Shown here piece by piece: positions 60,258 to 64,000 of a stretch of 64,000 nt of DNA. Location: NCBI GenBank assembly GCA_963759075.1, contig CAVWXZ010000023.1:18866-82865 (forward strand). Direction: 5' to 3'. How positions within the stretch are numbered: position 1 is the stretch's first letter; each line of letters opens with the position of its first letter. Source of the DNA: an uncultured Gammaproteobacteria bacterium (lineage in GTDB: Bacteria > Pseudomonadota > Gammaproteobacteria > Steroidobacterales > JABDLF01). The position numbers and the translations under genes were made by a program. A model generated the notes under the pieces. It worked only from the letters and a program-made list of their open reading frames with translations, searched no databases and had not been told where the DNA came from.

Positions 60258-62347
60258 GTGCCATTGGACCAGTCCCTTTCAGAGTACTTGAGTAACGGAC
60301 TCCGGGCGCATCGGGAGCAGCGCCTGGAAGACGCAGCGAGCGCCTACCAGGCAGCGCTGCGTATGGCGCCAGATAGCTTCGATGCCCTGCAGTTACTCGG
60401 CATGCTGAGACACCAGGAGGGCCGGATTCCCGAAGCGAGATCGCTACTCGAGCGAGCCGTTGCCGCGCGGCCCGACCATCCCGGCGCGCTGAACAACCTC
60501 ACGGCGGTCCTGCTCGCCGCGGGTCAACCGGCAGAAGCAGCAGCACACTCCCGCAGGGCGCTGGCAGTGTCACCGGATGACGCGCTTGCGCTCTATTACC
60601 TGGGCTGCGCGCTGCGCCTGCTCGGGCAAAACAGGGAAGCTGCCGCTGCACTTGAACGCTCGCTCGCCATCCGGCCTGGCGCAGCCGATACCCGCAACCT
60701 GCTGGGCATCCTGTGTCACGAACAGGGTCGATTTTCTGCTGCGGCCGGCCACTTCGAAACCGCGCTGCGGTCGCGGCCCGGGCATCCCGAGTACCTGAAC
60801 AACCTCGGCTTCGCACTGCTGGAGGACGGTCAGCCAGGCGCCGCACGCGCGGCGCTTGAAGCGGCGGTACGGGGGCGACCGGGGTTCGGCGAGGCACTGG
60901 TCAACCTGGGTCGCGCACTGCATCAGCTGGGGCTCGATGGCGAGGCCATCGGCGTTTTCAGCAAGGCGCGTGAGCTCGATGCAAATGTGGCGGCCGTGCC
61001 ACATCAATCTGGGCATTTCGCTGCACGCGCTCGGGCGGGCGGATGAAGCTGAACAGGCGTATACAGCCGCGCTCGACATACCAGCCGACAACGTTTCCGC
61101 ACTGGCCATCTCGCCGCGCTTTACGAGAGCGCGAATCGACTTGCGGCAGCCGAACAGACCTTGCAGCGCGGTCTCTCGGTTGCGCCGGATGATCCGTTCC
61201 TCAATCTAGTGGCAGCCAAATGCGAACGACGGCGCGGTGATTACGACGAGGCGGAGCGACGGGTTACACGCAATCACTCGCTTCGTCACCAGGCGACAAA
61301 TGGTCGCAGGCGCTTTATTACGAGCTCGCCCGGATTCGAGGATCGCGCCGGTGCCTATTCGCAGTCGATGGCGGCAGCAAGCAAGGCCAACCAGCTCGCG
61401 CTCGGCGACTGGCGGGGTGGGGCGGCGGCGGACAATCCCTATAACAGGATGCTCGCTCAGCTCAGCGCCGCCGTCGAAGGCAGCTGGATCGAAGACTGGT
61501 CGCCACTCGGCGAGCAGGGGGCGGGCCCGGCGCCGGTGTTCCTGGTGGGATTCCCGCGCTCCGGCACCACCTTGCTGGACACCATCATTGGCAGCCACCC
61601 GGACTTTCGTGGTGCTCGAGGAGCAAGCCCGCCGTCGAGGCCATGCGGTTGACGCTCGATCAGCAGCCAGGTGGTTTCATCCGGGCCCTGAGCACGCTGG
61701 ATGAGGCCGGCCGCGCTGGCGCTGGCGTGCACGCTACTGGCAGGAAGCTGCAGACGCACCTCCATGAACCGCTGGGCGACCGGCGCCTGCTGGACAAGCT
61801 GCCTCTCAACATCGTGATGCTGCCGCTGATCAAGCGGGTCTTCCCGGACGCGCGGGTCATACTCGCGCTGCGTCACCCCGCCGACGTTTGCCTCAGCTGT
61901 TTCTTCCAGGAGTTCGACTACCGGCGGGCACCTGCGATGGCCAATTTTCTCTCGCTGCAGGACACCGTGGATTTCTACGGCGAAGGTCTTCGGCCTGTGG
62001 CGGCACTATCGAGCACAAGCTCGCGCTGCAAGGTGCATACGGTCCGCTACGAAGACCTGGTAGTCGACACCGAAGGGGTCACCCGCGCGCCTGTTCGATT
62101 TTCTTGGCAGCGCCTGGGATCCCCGCGTGCTCGATTATCACCGGGGGGTGCCGTGACGCGGGGTACCATCGATACACCAAGTTACCATCAGGTCAGCCAG
62201 CCCATCTACACTCGGGCCCGCTATCGCTGGCGACATTACGAATCCGCGCTCGCGCCCTGGCTGGACACCCTGCACGACTGGGCGGAAAAGCTCGGCTATG
62301 CGCGGCTCGCGGCCGAACCTGCAGACCAGAGCGACTATGACCACTGA
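60258..62347 (+). pseudogene. TPR-repeat / sulfotransferase-domain protein, at least 3 frameshifts
   Basis: TPR units are in 60258..61046 and 60856..61209. The PAPS-binding motif FLVGFPRSGTTLLD is in 61161..61652. The sulfotransferase C-terminal part (ILALRHPADVCLSCF...) is in 61643..62347. Confidence 0.7.
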
Positions 62348-63338
62348 ACAAAAGAGCTCAGACGATTGGGACCTGTACTGGGCGCACGGCTACCTGACCT
62401 CGTGCGCCAACGCCTTCCCCGGCAACTACGAGGGGCAGATTCGCGCGGTGTGGGAGCAGTTCTTTGCCGAGCTGGATTCCGGCGCCCGGCTCCTGGATCT
62501 GGCCACCGGCAACGGCGCCATCGCGCTGCTGGCGGCCAACTACGCCATTGCGAATCAACGAAATTTCGAGATTCATGGCATCGACCGGGCCCGGATAAAT
62601 CCGGCTGCCGCGTGGCAGGGAGACCCCGCCGTTCTGGAGGCGGGTGCAGCTTCCGGGGCCAGACCGGCGGCCGAACGCACCGGCTTCCCTGCTGCGCATT
62701 TTTCCGCGGTAACCGGCCAATACGCCCTGGAATACACCGATATTCCCGCCACGCTCAAGGAGCTCGCCCGGATCCTGGCGCCGGGGGGCCGGGGCCGCTT
62801 CGTCATGCATCATCCGGACTCCGTGGTGATTCAGACCGGCCGGGAGGAGACCGGCCACGGCGAGCTGCTCTTCCGGGACACCCACCTGTTCGAGAAGGCC
62901 GAGGCTTTGCTGCGCTGCATCATGACGGCGGACTCGCCCGAGGCGCTGGCGAGGCTCGCCAAAGACCCCGACGCCCAGGCGGCCAGGACTGCTCTGAACG
63001 AGGCGGCGGCCCGGATCGGCCAGGCGATCGAGGCGACCTCGGAGCCGGATCTGCTGACCACGGCGCTGGGCTACGTAGGCCGGGCGATTGAGGAACGCGC
63101 AGCGCTCGGAGCTGAGCAAACTCTGGCCCTCCTGAGCCGCGGGCGGCGGGAGATCGAGGCCAACCTGGCCCGGCTTGGAGATCTGTTGAGCGCTGCCGTG
63201 TATCCGGAACAAATGCTTGAAATACAATCACTTATGAAGAAACTGGGGCTGCAGCCCGGCGCGCCCGAAACTCTCAGCTACACGCACGAGGGTCGCCCAC
63301 TCCTGATGGGCTGGCTGCTCGACATCCGGGCGTCCTGA
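62337..63338 (+). CDS. class I SAM-dependent methyltransferase
   Basis: Internal ATG of ORF 62298..63338, overlapping the upstream stop (ATGACCACTGA). Motif I is RLLDLATGNGAIAL. The post-I/II regions are plausible. Confidence 0.65.
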   Translation: MTTEQKSSDDWDLYWAHGYLTSCANAFPGNYEGQIRAVWEQFFAELDSGARLLDLATGNGAIALLAANYAIANQRNFEIHGIDRARINPAAAWQGDPAVLEAGAASGARPAAERTGFPAAHFSAVTGQYALEYTDIPATLKELARILAPGGRGRFVMHHPDSVVIQTGREETGHGELLFRDTHLFEKAEALLRCIMTADSPEALARLAKDPDAQAARTALNEAAARIGQAIEATSEPDLLTTALGYVGRAIEERAALGAEQTLALLSRGRREIEANLARLGDLLSAAVYPEQMLEIQSLMKKLGLQPGAPETLSYTHEGRPLLMGWLLDIRAS

Positions 63339-63906
63339 ACGCCGGCTTTCTTGCCTTGTCCGCGCCCTGGCTGAGCGTCGTTTTCGGCCTTCCACGGGGC
63401 CATCCGACGCCCCAAATTTTGTGTTGCGTTTTTACTACACGCCGCAGAAAGCAAACCGGAAATGTTGCGATGTTGCATCAACACAACAACCTGGCGACCC
63501 GGCTTGTGGCGCCTGCTGACGGCCGGCCGAGCGCCAGATTAACTGTCGAAGTATTGAAATAATTTTACTTAAACGCACCTAAGTTATTGGCTTAATAGAG
63601 GGTTCTACAGGCCCGGTTCGGGCCTGGCTGCGGCGCTGAGGACACCTCGACCGAGCATGTCTGTAGCCAATCCGCCGCAGGCCAATTTTGCCTGTGCATG
63701 TGTAATTTTTTTACCACATAACCTTGCCTTTCGGATTTTCTGTGCTAATCTTCGGCTACCGCGGGCACCAGCCCGGGTGCTCGCCTGTGGATATAGGCCG
63801 GGCCGAACGTCGCCACACATAGGAGCTTAATAACCTTGAAGTGGCACGCAAGCGGAAAACTTAGATCCTTACAACACAATCTACCTCTACCTAGGAGAGG
63901 CACTTA

Positions 63907-64000
63907 ATGAAAAAACACAACCTTCTTCGTAACGCGGTGCACGTCGCACTGACGGCCGGAGTCGCAACCACCGGCGGCATTGCGTATGCCGCTGACGACG
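63907..64000 (+). CDS. 5' end of a secreted protein (possibly another TonB-dependent receptor), truncated by the window edge
   Basis: An AGGAGAG Shine-Dalgarno lies 7 nt upstream of the ATG. Translation gives MKKHNLLRNAVHVALTAGVATTGGIAYAADD, a signal-peptide-like sequence. Confidence 0.5.
   Translation, partial: MKKHNLLRNAVHVALTAGVATTGGIAYAADD

Noticed and set aside
63540-63906. Cobalamin or TPP riboswitch upstream of the receptor-like gene
   Set aside because: I could not find the B12 box (GCCACTG context) or the TPP CTGAGA...ACCTGATCTGGATAATGCCAGCG core. There are only loose resemblances such as AATCCGCCGCAGG and CTGAGGACACC.
1-64000. Programmed ribosomal frameshifting or transposase-style recoding as the explanation for the split genes
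   Set aside because: There are dozens of junctions in unrelated housekeeping genes, in both +1 and -1 directions, often several per gene. They lack a shared slippery heptamer or downstream structure. No known biology requires this.

Overview
High-GC (about 60-65% by eye) chromosomal segment with the character of a marine or environmental Gammaproteobacterium. I found no rRNA, tRNA, CRISPR array, transposase, integrase or phage gene. Content is mostly housekeeping and nutrient scavenging. It includes four TonB-dependent receptors, one of them Oar-like, and a HlyD/ABC/FtsX efflux operon followed by two odd mini-plug lipoproteins. There is NAD salvage (pncA-pncB), a pyrimidine/ribose salvage cluster, and a deoC plus two ALDH genes operon divergent from tdk. 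Phosphate-scavenging enzymes are numerous: two PhoD-type, PhoA, an EEP protein and a PPP-type metallophosphoesterase. Also present are an octahaem tetrathionate-reductase-family cytochrome c, hemG, dgkA, a CDF transporter, an AlgP-like histone-like protein and a giant coiled-coil protein. The dominant feature is that roughly half the genes are broken by +/-1 frameshifts. These cluster in kb-scale blocks that alternate with completely intact blocks, which looks more like consensus indel error than gene decay. I therefore label such genes pseudogene, meaning disrupted as given. Non-coding highlights are a GGGGTCAGACTGCTA repeat family, whose 75-bp inverted-repeat elements bracket an operon of three tiny membrane proteins, and a 1.1-kb tandem array of nested hairpin repeats. 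I see no clearly novel multi-gene system. The most unusual candidates are listed as findings with modest scores.
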